The notes beneath the pieces were generated by a model. It made no database searches and was not told the origin of the DNA. It was given only the letters and a program-made list of their open reading frames with translations. 35,893 nt of DNA, from positions 1 to 35,893 of the forward strand of contig CAXHJY010000498.1 of assembly GCA_964016885.1 (NCBI GenBank), given 5' to 3'. Each line of letters begins with the position of its first letter. Within the stretch, counting starts at the first letter, position 1. The translations under genes and the position numbers were made by a program. Below are positions 18,881 to 31,216 of the stretch, piece by piece. This DNA is from Eledone cirrhosa (taxonomy: Eukaryota).

Positions 18881-21800
18881 ATATGAATATAGACATAGAA
18901 TATTCGAAAATATTCTGTATGTTTATAATAAACATTTTGAAGACCTAATCGCTATAGAATAGAATACGTCACGTATTACAATTAGATTCTCGATAAAAGC
19001 AAGGGAAGTAATCTACGCGTTTCATTCTTGTTAGAATTCATCAGGACTACATATCCAGTGCTTTTATCGAGAATGACACAGCTAGAGACTTATAGAATAC
19101 TTAGCTGTGTACAGGAACTGGTTTGAAAGAGCGGTTGCCGGTCCGGCAGAAATTAGAAATTGGAATAAATGCTCTGAAATAGCGATATATATATGAATAT
19201 AGACATAGAATATTCGAAAATATTCTGTATGTTTATAATAAACATTTTGAAGACCTAATCGCTATAGAATAGAATACGTCACGTATTACAATTAGATTCT
19301 CGATAAAAGCAAGGGAAGTAATCTACGCGTTTCATTCTTGTTAGAATTCATCAGGACTACATATCCAGTGCTTTTATCGAGAATGACACAGCTAGAGACT
19401 TATAGAATACTTAGCTGTGTACAGGAACTGGTTTGAAAGAGCGGTTGCCGGTCCGGCAGAAATTAGAAATTGGAATAAATGCTCTGAAATAGCGATATAT
19501 ATATGAATATAGACATAGAATATTCGAAAATATTCTGTATGTTTATAATAAACATTTTGAAGACCTAATCGCTATAGAATAGAATACGTCACGTATTACA
19601 ATTAGATTCTCGATAAAAGCAAGGGAAGTAATCTACGCGTTTCATTCTTGTTAGAATTCATCAGGACTACATATCCAGTGCTTTTATCGAGAATGACACA
19701 GCTAGAGACTTATAGAATACTTAGCTGTGTACAGGAACTGGTTTGAAAGAGCGGTTGCCGGTCCGGCAGAAATTAGAAATTGGAATAAATGCTCTGAAAT
19801 AGCGATATATATATGAATATAGACATAGAATATTCGAAAATATTCTGTATGTTTATAATAAACATTTTGAAGACCTAATCGCTATAGAATAGAATACGTC
19901 ACGTATTACAATTAGATTCTCGATAAAAGCAAGGGAAGTAATCTACGCGTTTCATTCTTGTTAGAATTCATCAGGACTACATATCCAGTGCTTTTATCGA
20001 GAATGACACAGCTAGAGACTTATAGAATACTTAGCTGTGTACAGGAACTGGTTTGAAAGAGCGGTTGCCGGTCCGGCAGAAATTAGAAATTGGAATAAAT
20101 GCTCTGAAATAGCGATATATATATGAATATAGACATAGAATATTCGAAAATATTCTGTATGTTTATAATAAACATTTTGAAGACCTAATCGCTATAGAAT
20201 AGAATACGTCACGTATTACAATTAGATTCTCGATAAAAGCAAGGGAAGTAATCTACGCGTTTCATTCTTGTTAGAATTCATCAGGACTACATATCCAGTG
20301 CTTTTATCGAGAATGACACAGCTAGAGACTTATAGAATACTTAGCTGTGTACAGGAACTGGTTTGAAAGAGCGGTTGCCGGTCCGGCAGAAATTAGAAAT
20401 TGGAATAAATGCTCTGAAATAGCGATATATATATGAATATAGACATAGAATATTCGAAAATATTCTGTATGTTTATAATAAACATTTTGAAGACCTAATC
20501 GCTATAGAATAGAATACGTCACGTATTACAATTAGATTCTCGATAAAAGCAAGGGAAGTAATCTACGCGTTTCATTCTTGTTAGAATTCATCAGGACTAC
20601 ATATCCAGTGCTTTTATCGAGAATGACACAGCTAGAGACTTATAGAATACTTAGCTGTGTACAGGAACTGGTTTGAAAGAGCGGTTGCCGGTCCGGCAGA
20701 AATTAGAAATTGGAATAAATGCTCTGAAATAGCGATATATATATGAATATAGACATAGAATATTCGAAAATATTCTGTATGTTTATAATAAACATTTTGA
20801 AGACCTAATCGCTATAGAATAGAATACGTCACGTATTACAATTAGATTCTCGATAAAAGCAAGGGAAGTAATCTACGCGTTTCATTCTTGTTAGAATTCA
20901 TCAGGACTACATATCCAGTGCTTTTATCGAGAATGACACAGCTAGAGACTTATAGAATACTTAGCTGTGTACAGGAACTGGTTTGAAAGAGCGGTTGCCG
21001 GTCCGGCAGAAATTAGAAATTGGAATAAATGCTCTGAAATAGCGATATATATATGAATATAGACATAGAATATTCGAAAATATTCTGTATGTTTATAATA
21101 AACATTTTGAAGACCTAATCGCTATAGAATAGAATACGTCACGTATTACAATTAGATTCTCGATAAAAGCAAGGGAAGTAATCTACGCGTTTCATTCTTG
21201 TTAGAATTCATCAGGACTACATATCCAGTGCTTTTATCGAGAATGACACAGCTAGAGACTTATAGAATACTTAGCTGTGTACAGGAACTGGTTTGAAAGA
21301 GCGGTTGCCGGTCCGGCAGAAATTAGAAATTGGAATAAATGCTCTGAAATAGCGATATATATATGAATATAGACATAGAATATTCGAAAATATTCTGTAT
21401 GTTTATAATAAACATTTTGAAGACCTAATCGCTATAGAATAGAATACGTCACGTATTACAATTAGATTCTCGATAAAAGCAAGGGAAGTAATCTACGCGT
21501 TTCATTCTTGTTAGAATTCATCAGGACTACATATCCAGTGCTTTTATCGAGAATGACACAGCTAGAGACTTATAGAATACTTAGCTGTGTACAGGAACTG
21601 GTTTGAAAGAGCGGTTGCCGGTCCGGCAGAAATTAGAAATTGGAATAAATGCTCTGAAATAGCGATATATATATGAATATAGACATAGAATATTCGAAAA
21701 TATTCTGTATGTTTATAATAAACATTTTGAAGACCTAATCGCTATAGAATAGAATACGTCACGTATTACAATTAGATTCTCGATAAAAGCAAGGGAAGTA

Positions 21801-24800
21801 ATCTACGCGTTTCATTCTTGTTAGAATTCATCAGGACTACATATCCAGTGCTTTTATCGAGAATGACACAGCTAGAGACTTATAGAATACTTAGCTGTGT
21901 ACAGGAACTGGTTTGAAAGAGCGGTTGCCGGTCCGGCAGAAATTAGAAATTGGAATAAATGCTCTGAAATAGCGATATATATATGAATATAGACATAGAA
22001 TATTCGAAAATATTCTGTATGTTTATAATAAACATTTTGAAGACCTAATCGCTATAGAATAGAATACGTCACGTATTACAATTAGATTCTCGATAAAAGC
22101 AAGGGAAGTAATCTACGCGTTTCATTCTTGTTAGAATTCATCAGGACTACATATCCAGTGCTTTTATCGAGAATGACACAGCTAGAGACTTATAGAATAC
22201 TTAGCTGTGTACAGGAACTGGTTTGAAAGAGCGGTTGCCGGTCCGGCAGAAATTAGAAATTGGAATAAATGCTCTGAAATAGCGATATATATATGAATAT
22301 AGACATAGAATATTCGAAAATATTCTGTATGTTTATAATAAACATTTTGAAGACCTAATCGCTATAGAATAGAATACGTCACGTATTACAATTAGATTCT
22401 CGATAAAAGCAAGGGAAGTAATCTACGCGTTTCATTCTTGTTAGAATTCATCAGGACTACATATCCAGTGCTTTTATCGAGAATGACACAGCTAGAGACT
22501 TATAGAATACTTAGCTGTGTACAGGAACTGGTTTGAAAGAGCGGTTGCCGGTCCGGCAGAAATTAGAAATTGGAATAAATGCTCTGAAATAGCGATATAT
22601 ATATGAATATAGACATAGAATATTCGAAAATATTCTGTATGTTTATAATAAACATTTTGAAGACCTAATCGCTATAGAATAGAATACGTCACGTATTACA
22701 ATTAGATTCTCGATAAAAGCAAGGGAAGTAATCTACGCGTTTCATTCTTGTTAGAATTCATCAGGACTACATATCCAGTGCTTTTATCGAGAATGACACA
22801 GCTAGAGACTTATAGAATACTTAGCTGTGTACAGGAACTGGTTTGAAAGAGCGGTTGCCGGTCCGGCAGAAATTAGAAATTGGAATAAATGCTCTGAAAT
22901 AGCGATATATATATGAATATAGACATAGAATATTCGAAAATATTCTGTATGTTTATAATAAACATTTTGAAGACCTAATCGCTATAGAATAGAATACGTC
23001 ACGTATTACAATTAGATTCTCGATAAAAGCAAGGGAAGTAATCTACGCGTTTCATTCTTGTTAGAATTCATCAGGACTACATATCCAGTGCTTTTATCGA
23101 GAATGACACAGCTAGAGACTTATAGAATACTTAGCTGTGTACAGGAACTGGTTTGAAAGAGCGGTTGCCGGTCCGGCAGAAATTAGAAATTGGAATAAAT
23201 GCTCTGAAATAGCGATATATATATGAATATAGACATAGAATATTCGAAAATATTCTGTATGTTTATAATAAACATTTTGAAGACCTAATCGCTATAGAAT
23301 AGAATACGTCACGTATTACAATTAGATTCTCGATAAAAGCAAGGGAAGTAATCTACGCGTTTCATTCTTGTTAGAATTCATCAGGACTACATATCCAGTG
23401 CTTTTATCGAGAATGACACAGCTAGAGACTTATAGAATACTTAGCTGTGTACAGGAACTGGTTTGAAAGAGCGGTTGCCGGTCCGGCAGAAATTAGAAAT
23501 TGGAATAAATGCTCTGAAATAGCGATATATATATGAATATAGACATAGAATATTCGAAAATATTCTGTATGTTTATAATAAACATTTTGAAGACCTAATC
23601 GCTATAGAATAGAATACGTCACGTATTACAATTAGATTCTCGATAAAAGCAAGGGAAGTAATCTACGCGTTTCATTCTTGTTAGAATTCATCAGGACTAC
23701 ATATCCAGTGCTTTTATCGAGAATGACACAGCTAGAGACTTATAGAATACTTAGCTGTGTACAGGAACTGGTTTGAAAGAGCGGTTGCCGGTCCGGCAGA
23801 AATTAGAAATTGGAATAAATGCTCTGAAATAGCGATATATATATGAATATAGACATAGAATATTCGAAAATATTCTGTATGTTTATAATAAACATTTTGA
23901 AGACCTAATCGCTATAGAATAGAATACGTCACGTATTACAATTAGATTCTCGATAAAAGCAAGGGAAGTAATCTACGCGTTTCATTCTTGTTAGAATTCA
24001 TCAGGACTACATATCCAGTGCTTTTATCGAGAATGACACAGCTAGAGACTTATAGAATACTTAGCTGTGTACAGGAACTGGTTTGAAAGAGCGGTTGCCG
24101 GTCCGGCAGAAATTAGAAATTGGAATAAATGCTCTGAAATAGCGATATATATATGAATATAGACATAGAATATTCGAAAATATTCTGTATGTTTATAATA
24201 AACATTTTGAAGACCTAATCGCTATAGAATAGAATACGTCACGTATTACAATTAGATTCTCGATAAAAGCAAGGGAAGTAATCTACGCGTTTCATTCTTG
24301 TTAGAATTCATCAGGACTACATATCCAGTGCTTTTATCGAGAATGACACAGCTAGAGACTTATAGAATACTTAGCTGTGTACAGGAACTGGTTTGAAAGA
24401 GCGGTTGCCGGTCCGGCAGAAATTAGAAATTGGAATAAATGCTCTGAAATAGCGATATATATATGAATATAGACATAGAATATTCGAAAATATTCTGTAT
24501 GTTTATAATAAACATTTTGAAGACCTAATCGCTATAGAATAGAATACGTCACGTATTACAATTAGATTCTCGATAAAAGCAAGGGAAGTAATCTACGCGT
24601 TTCATTCTTGTTAGAATTCATCAGGACTACATATCCAGTGCTTTTATCGAGAATGACACAGCTAGAGACTTATAGAATACTTAGCTGTGTACAGGAACTG
24701 GTTTGAAAGAGCGGTTGCCGGTCCGGCAGAAATTAGAAATTGGAATAAATGCTCTGAAATAGCGATATATATATGAATATAGACATAGAATATTCGAAAA

Positions 24801-25423
24801 TATTCTGTATGTTTATAATAAACATTTTGAAGACCTAATCGCTATAGAATAGAATACGTCACGTATTACAATTAGATTCTCGATAAAAGCAAGGGAAGTA
24901 ATCTACGCGTTTCATTCTTGTTAGAATTCATCAGGACTACATATCCAGTGCTTTTATCGAGAATGACACAGCTAGAGACTTATAGAATACTTAGCTGTGT
25001 ACAGGAACTGGTTTGAAAGAGCGGTTGCCGGTCCGGCAGAAATTAGAAATTGGAATAAATGCTCTGAAATAGCGATATATATATGAATATAGACATAGAA
25101 TATTCGAAAATATTCTGTATGTTTATAATAAACATTTTGAAGACCTAATCGCTATAGAATAGAATACGTCACGTATTACAATTAGATTCTCGATAAAAGC
25201 AAGGGAAGTAATCTACGCGTTTCATTCTTGTTAGAATTCATCAGGACTACATATCCAGTGCTTTTATCGAGAATAACACAGCTAGAGACTTATAGAATAC
25301 TTAGCTGTGTACAGGAACTGGTTTGAAAGAGCGGTTGCCGGTCCGGCAGAAATTAGAAATTGGAATAAATGCTCTGAAATAGCGATATATATATGAATAT
25401 AGACATAGAATATTCGAAAATAT
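18881..25423 (-). mobile_element. Tandem array of 310-bp hammerhead-containing units (non-LTR retrozyme-like), left arm: 21 full units plus 33 bp, ribozyme on the minus strand
   Basis: ATATGAATATAGACATAG recurs every 310 bp from 18881 to 25391; the only difference I saw is G>A at 25275. Confidence 0.9.
18986..19074 (-). ncRNA. Type-I hammerhead ribozyme (first of 21 minus-strand copies, period 310)
   Basis: Reverse complement of the motif described at 25554-25642. Confidence 0.9.
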
Positions 25424-28400
25424 GTCTATATTCATATATATATCGCTATTTCAGAGCATTTATTCCAATTTCTAATTTCTGCCGGACCGGCAACCGCTCT
25501 TTCAAACCAGTTCCTGTACACAGCTAAGTATTCTATAAGTCTCTAGCTGTGTCATTCTCGATAAAAGCACTGGATATGTAGTCCTGATGAATTCTAACAA
25601 GAATGAAACGCGTAGATTACTTCCCTTGCTTTTATCGAGAATCTAATTGTAATACGTGACGTATTCTATTCTATAGCGATTAGGTCTTCAAAATGTTTAT
25701 TATAAACATACAGAATATTTTCGAATATTCTATGTCTATATTCATATATATATCGCTATTTCAGAGCATTTATTCCAATTTCTAATTTCTGCCGGACCGG
25801 CAACCGCTCTTTCAAACCAGTTCCTGTACACAGCTAAGTATTCTATAAGTCTCTAGCTGTGTCATTCTCGATAAAAGCACTGGATATGTAGTCCTGATGA
25901 ATTCTAACAAGAATGAAACGCGTAGATTACTTCCCTTGCTTTTATCGAGAATCTAATTGTAATACGTGACGTATTCTATTCTATAGCGATTAGGTCTTCA
26001 AAATGTTTATTATAAACATACAGAATATTTTCGAATATTCTATGTCTATATTCATATATATATCGCTATTTCAGAGCATTTATTCCAATTTCTAATTTCT
26101 GCCGGACCGGCAACCGCTCTTTCAAACCAGTTCCTGTACACAGCTAAGTATTCTATAAGTCTCTAGCTGTGTCATTCTCGATAAAAGCACTGGATATGTA
26201 GTCCTGATGAATTCTAACAAGAATGAAACGCGTAGATTACTTCCCTTGCTTTTATCGAGAATCTAATTGTAATACGTGACGTATTCTATTCTATAGCGAT
26301 TAGGTCTTCAAAATGTTTATTATAAACATACAGAATATTTTCGAATATTCTATGTCTATATTCATATATATATCGCTATTTCAGAGCATTTATTCCAATT
26401 TCTAATTTCTGCCGGACCGGCAACCGCTCTTTCAAACCAGTTCCTGTACACAGCTAAGTATTCTATAAGTCTCTAGCTGTGTCATTCTCGATAAAAGCAC
26501 TGGATATGTAGTCCTGATGAATTCTAACAAGAATGAAACGCGTAGATTACTTCCCTTGCTTTTATCGAGAATCTAATTGTAATACGTGACGTATTCTATT
26601 CTATAGCGATTAGGTCTTCAAAATGTTTATTATAAACATACAGAATATTTTCGAATATTCTATGTCTATATTCATATATATATCGCTATTTCAGAGCATT
26701 TATTCCAATTTCTAATTTCTGCCGGACCGGCAACCGCTCTTTCAAACCAGTTCCTGTACACAGCTAAGTATTCTATAAGTCTCTAGCTGTGTCATTCTCG
26801 ATAAAAGCACTGGATATGTAGTCCTGATGAATTCTAACAAGAATGAAACGCGTAGATTACTTCCCTTGCTTTTATCGAGAATCTAATTGTAATACGTGAC
26901 GTATTCTATTCTATAGCGATTAGGTCTTCAAAATGTTTATTATAAACATACAGAATATTTTCGAATATTCTATGTCTATATTCATATATATATCGCTATT
27001 TCAGAGCATTTATTCCAATTTCTAATTTCTGCCGGACCGGCAACCGCTCTTTCAAACCAGTTCCTGTACACAGCTAAGTATTCTATAAGTCTCTAGCTGT
27101 GTCATTCTCGATAAAAGCACTGGATATGTAGTCCTGATGAATTCTAACAAGAATGAAACGCGTAGATTACTTCCCTTGCTTTTATCGAGAATCTAATTGT
27201 AATACGTGACGTATTCTATTCTATAGCGATTAGGTCTTCAAAATGTTTATTATAAACATACAGAATATTTTCGAATATTCTATGTCTATATTCATATATA
27301 TATCGCTATTTCAGAGCATTTATTCCAATTTCTAATTTCTGCCGGACCGGCAACCGCTCTTTCAAACCAGTTCCTGTACACAGCTAAGTATTCTATAAGT
27401 CTCTAGCTGTGTCATTCTCGATAAAAGCACTGGATATGTAGTCCTGATGAATTCTAACAAGAATGAAACGCGTAGATTACTTCCCTTGCTTTTATCGAGA
27501 ATCTAATTGTAATACGTGACGTATTCTATTCTATAGCGATTAGGTCTTCAAAATGTTTATTATAAACATACAGAATATTTTCGAATATTCTATGTCTATA
27601 TTCATATATATATCGCTATTTCAGAGCATTTATTCCAATTTCTAATTTCTGCCGGACCGGCAACCGCTCTTTCAAACCAGTTCCTGTACACAGCTAAGTA
27701 TTCTATAAGTCTCTAGCTGTGTCATTCTCGATAAAAGCACTGGATATGTAGTCCTGATGAATTCTAACAAGAATGAAACGCGTAGATTACTTCCCTTGCT
27801 TTTATCGAGAATCTAATTGTAATACGTGACGTATTCTATTCTATAGCGATTAGGTCTTCAAAATGTTTATTATAAACATACAGAATATTTTCGAATATTC
27901 TATGTCTATATTCATATATATATCGCTATTTCAGAGCATTTATTCCAATTTCTAATTTCTGCCGGACCGGCAACCGCTCTTTCAAACCAGTTCCTGTACA
28001 CAGCTAAGTATTCTATAAGTCTCTAGCTGTGTCATTCTCGATAAAAGCACTGGATATGTAGTCCTGATGAATTCTAACAAGAATGAAACGCGTAGATTAC
28101 TTCCCTTGCTTTTATCGAGAATCTAATTGTAATACGTGACGTATTCTATTCTATAGCGATTAGGTCTTCAAAATGTTTATTATAAACATACAGAATATTT
28201 TCGAATATTCTATGTCTATATTCATATATATATCGCTATTTCAGAGCATTTATTCCAATTTCTAATTTCTGCCGGACCGGCAACCGCTCTTTCAAACCAG
28301 TTCCTGTACACAGCTAAGTATTCTATAAGTCTCTAGCTGTGTCATTCTCGATAAAAGCACTGGATATGTAGTCCTGATGAATTCTAACAAGAATGAAACG

Positions 28401-29809
28401 CGTAGATTACTTCCCTTGCTTTTATCGAGAATCTAATTGTAATACGTGACGTATTCTATTCTATAGCGATTAGGTCTTCAAAATGTTTATTATAAACATA
28501 CAGAATATTTTCGAATATTCTATGTCTATATTCATATATATATCGCTATTTCAGAGCATTTATTCCAATTTCTAATTTCTGCCGGACCGGCAACCGCTCT
28601 TTCAAACCAGTTCCTGTACACAGCTAAGTATTCTATAAGTCTCTAGCTGTGTCATTCTCGATAAAAGCACTGGATATGTAGTCCTGATGAATTCTAACAA
28701 GAATGAAACGCGTAGATTACTTCCCTTGCTTTTATCGAGAATCTAATTGTAATACGTGACGTATTCTATTCTATAGCGATTAGGTCTTCAAAATGTTTAT
28801 TATAAACATACAGAATATTTTCGAATATTCTATGTCTATATTCATATATATATCGCTATTTCAGAGCATTTATTCCAATTTCTAATTTCTGCCGGACCGG
28901 CAACCGCTCTTTCAAACCAGTTCCTGTACACAGCTAAGTATTCTATAAGTCTCTAGCTGTGTCATTCTCGATAAAAGCACTGGATATGTAGTCCTGATGA
29001 ATTCTAACAAGAATGAAACGCGTAGATTACTTCCCTTGCTTTTATCGAGAATCTAATTGTAATACGTGACGTATTCTATTCTATAGCGATTAGGTCTTCA
29101 AAATGTTTATTATAAACATACAGAATATTTTCGAATATTCTATGTCTATATTCATATATATATCGCTATTTCAGAGCATTTATTCCAATTTCTAATTTCT
29201 GCCGGACCGGCAACCGCTCTTTCAAACCAGTTCCTGTACACAGCTAAGTATTCTATAAGTCTCTAGCTGTGTCATTCTCGATAAAAGCACTGGATATGTA
29301 GTCCTGATGAATTCTAACAAGAATGAAACGCGTAGATTACTTCCCTTGCTTTTATCGAGAATCTAATTGTAATACGTGACGTATTCTATTCTATAGCGAT
29401 TAGGTCTTCAAAATGTTTATTATAAACATACAGAATATTTTCGAATATTCTATGTCTATATTCATATATATATCGCTATTTCAGAGCATTTATTCCAATT
29501 TCTAATTTCTGCCGGACCGGCAACCGCTCTTTCAAACCAGTTCCTGTACACAGCTAAGTATTCTATAAGTCTCTAGCTGTGTCATTCTCGATAAAAGCAC
29601 TGGATATGTAGTCCTGATGAATTCTAACAAGAATGAAACGCGTAGATTACTTCCCTTGCTTTTATCGAGAATCTAATTGTAATACGTGACGTATTCTATT
29701 CTATAGCGATTAGGTCTTCAAAATGTTTATTATAAACATACAGAATATTTTCGAATATTCTATGTCTATATTCATATATATATCGCTATTTCAGAGCATT
29801 TATTCCAAT
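25421..29809 (+). mobile_element. Same 310-bp retrozyme-like array, inverted right arm: 14 full units plus 49 bp, ribozyme on the plus strand
   Basis: TATGTCTATATTCAT recurs every 310 bp from 25421 to 29761; ends ...TATTCCAAT then (TA)n. Confidence 0.9.
25554..25642 (+). ncRNA. Type-I hammerhead ribozyme (first of 14 plus-strand copies, period 310)
   Basis: ATTCTCGATAAAAGCA ctggatat GTAGTC CTGATGA ATTCT aaca AGAAT GAAA CGCG TA GATTAC ttccct TGCTTTTATCGAGAAT: perfect core, stem III palindrome ACGCGT, 16-bp distal stem I; predicted GUA cleavage after A25614. Confidence 0.92.
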
Positions 29810-30386
<577 letters not shown>

Positions 30387-30423
30387 CAATATTAAATAAA
30401 TGGAAAACTATATTTATAAAACC

Positions 30424-30500
30424 ATATTTATTTCATTATATATATTTCGGGGATATCATATTAACAATATGCTATGCCTTCATCAGACAAAATACAATAT
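30424..30500 (-). ncRNA. Putative type-I hammerhead in PLE-B inverted pLTR
   Basis: Reverse complement: AUAUU-g-UAUUUUGU-CUGAUGA-aGGcAUAgCAUAUU(guu)AAUAUGaUAUccCC-GAAA-UAUAUA-UA-AUGAAAUA-AAUAU; stem III is the palindrome AUAUAUAU. Confidence 0.65.
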
Positions 30501-31216
30501 AAACAGTTTTATAGACAAATAGGTTCGACATACCGTTATAACACCGACTTCATTTGAAGAGGTTTACTCTGGCTGTGAACAAATTTTACACAGAGAGAAA
30601 GAAAAAGAGAGAAAACAGAAAGAAAGACAGAAAACGAAGAAAAGGAAGAAAAAGAAGAGAAAGAGGAAATGCATGGAACAAAATAGAGAGATGGAAAGAT
30701 AGATAAAGCGAAGAACTTCATGTAAAGAAACAGAAAGAGATATATATATATAGAGAGAGAGAGGAAATAGATAGATATATATATATATATAGAAAATTAG
30801 GTAGTGGGAGGTCATTTTGAGTAAATGTATCAATGATACGTTTATTTATTTATTTATTTATTTAGCTCAAGTATTAATGTAAGGGAGATATATATAGAGA
30901 GAAAAAAAAATATAGGGAGAGGAGAGGAAAACAATAGAGAGAGGAAAAAATAGCGAGAGAAAAAAATTTAAAATAGCCAGATATATTCGAGGCGTAAAAA
31001 TCCTATGTTTTAATGTATTAATATTTATAAAACTTACACTATATTGTAAAATCAGTATTCCTGAATGAGACAAGTATCTATAATGTGTGAAATATTACTA
31101 CATTTTCGTCTGTATTAGATTTATCAAAGTGGAATGCACGCCACCTGATTCTCCTTATAAAAGAGTCAGATTTATCTATTAATTGTTTTATAAAGTCTTT
31201 GTTTCTAGGTAGAGGT

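Noticed and set aside
18881-19190. Second ribozyme on the opposite strand of the 310 unit (ambisense, viroid-like symmetric replication)
   Set aside because: I found no hammerhead core on the antisense strand by eye; other ribozyme classes would need a covariance-model search.
18881-29809. 310-bp array as a CRISPR array, 5S/tRNA gene cluster or protein-coding repeat
   Set aside because: No variable spacers or cas genes, no recognisable 5S/tRNA sequence and no credible ORF; the hammerhead explains the unit better.
30867-31073. Duplicated 66-68 aa ORF (also 34350-34550) as a small gene
   Set aside because: It is just the pLTR duplication of PLE-B; low complexity, with a non-ATG start.
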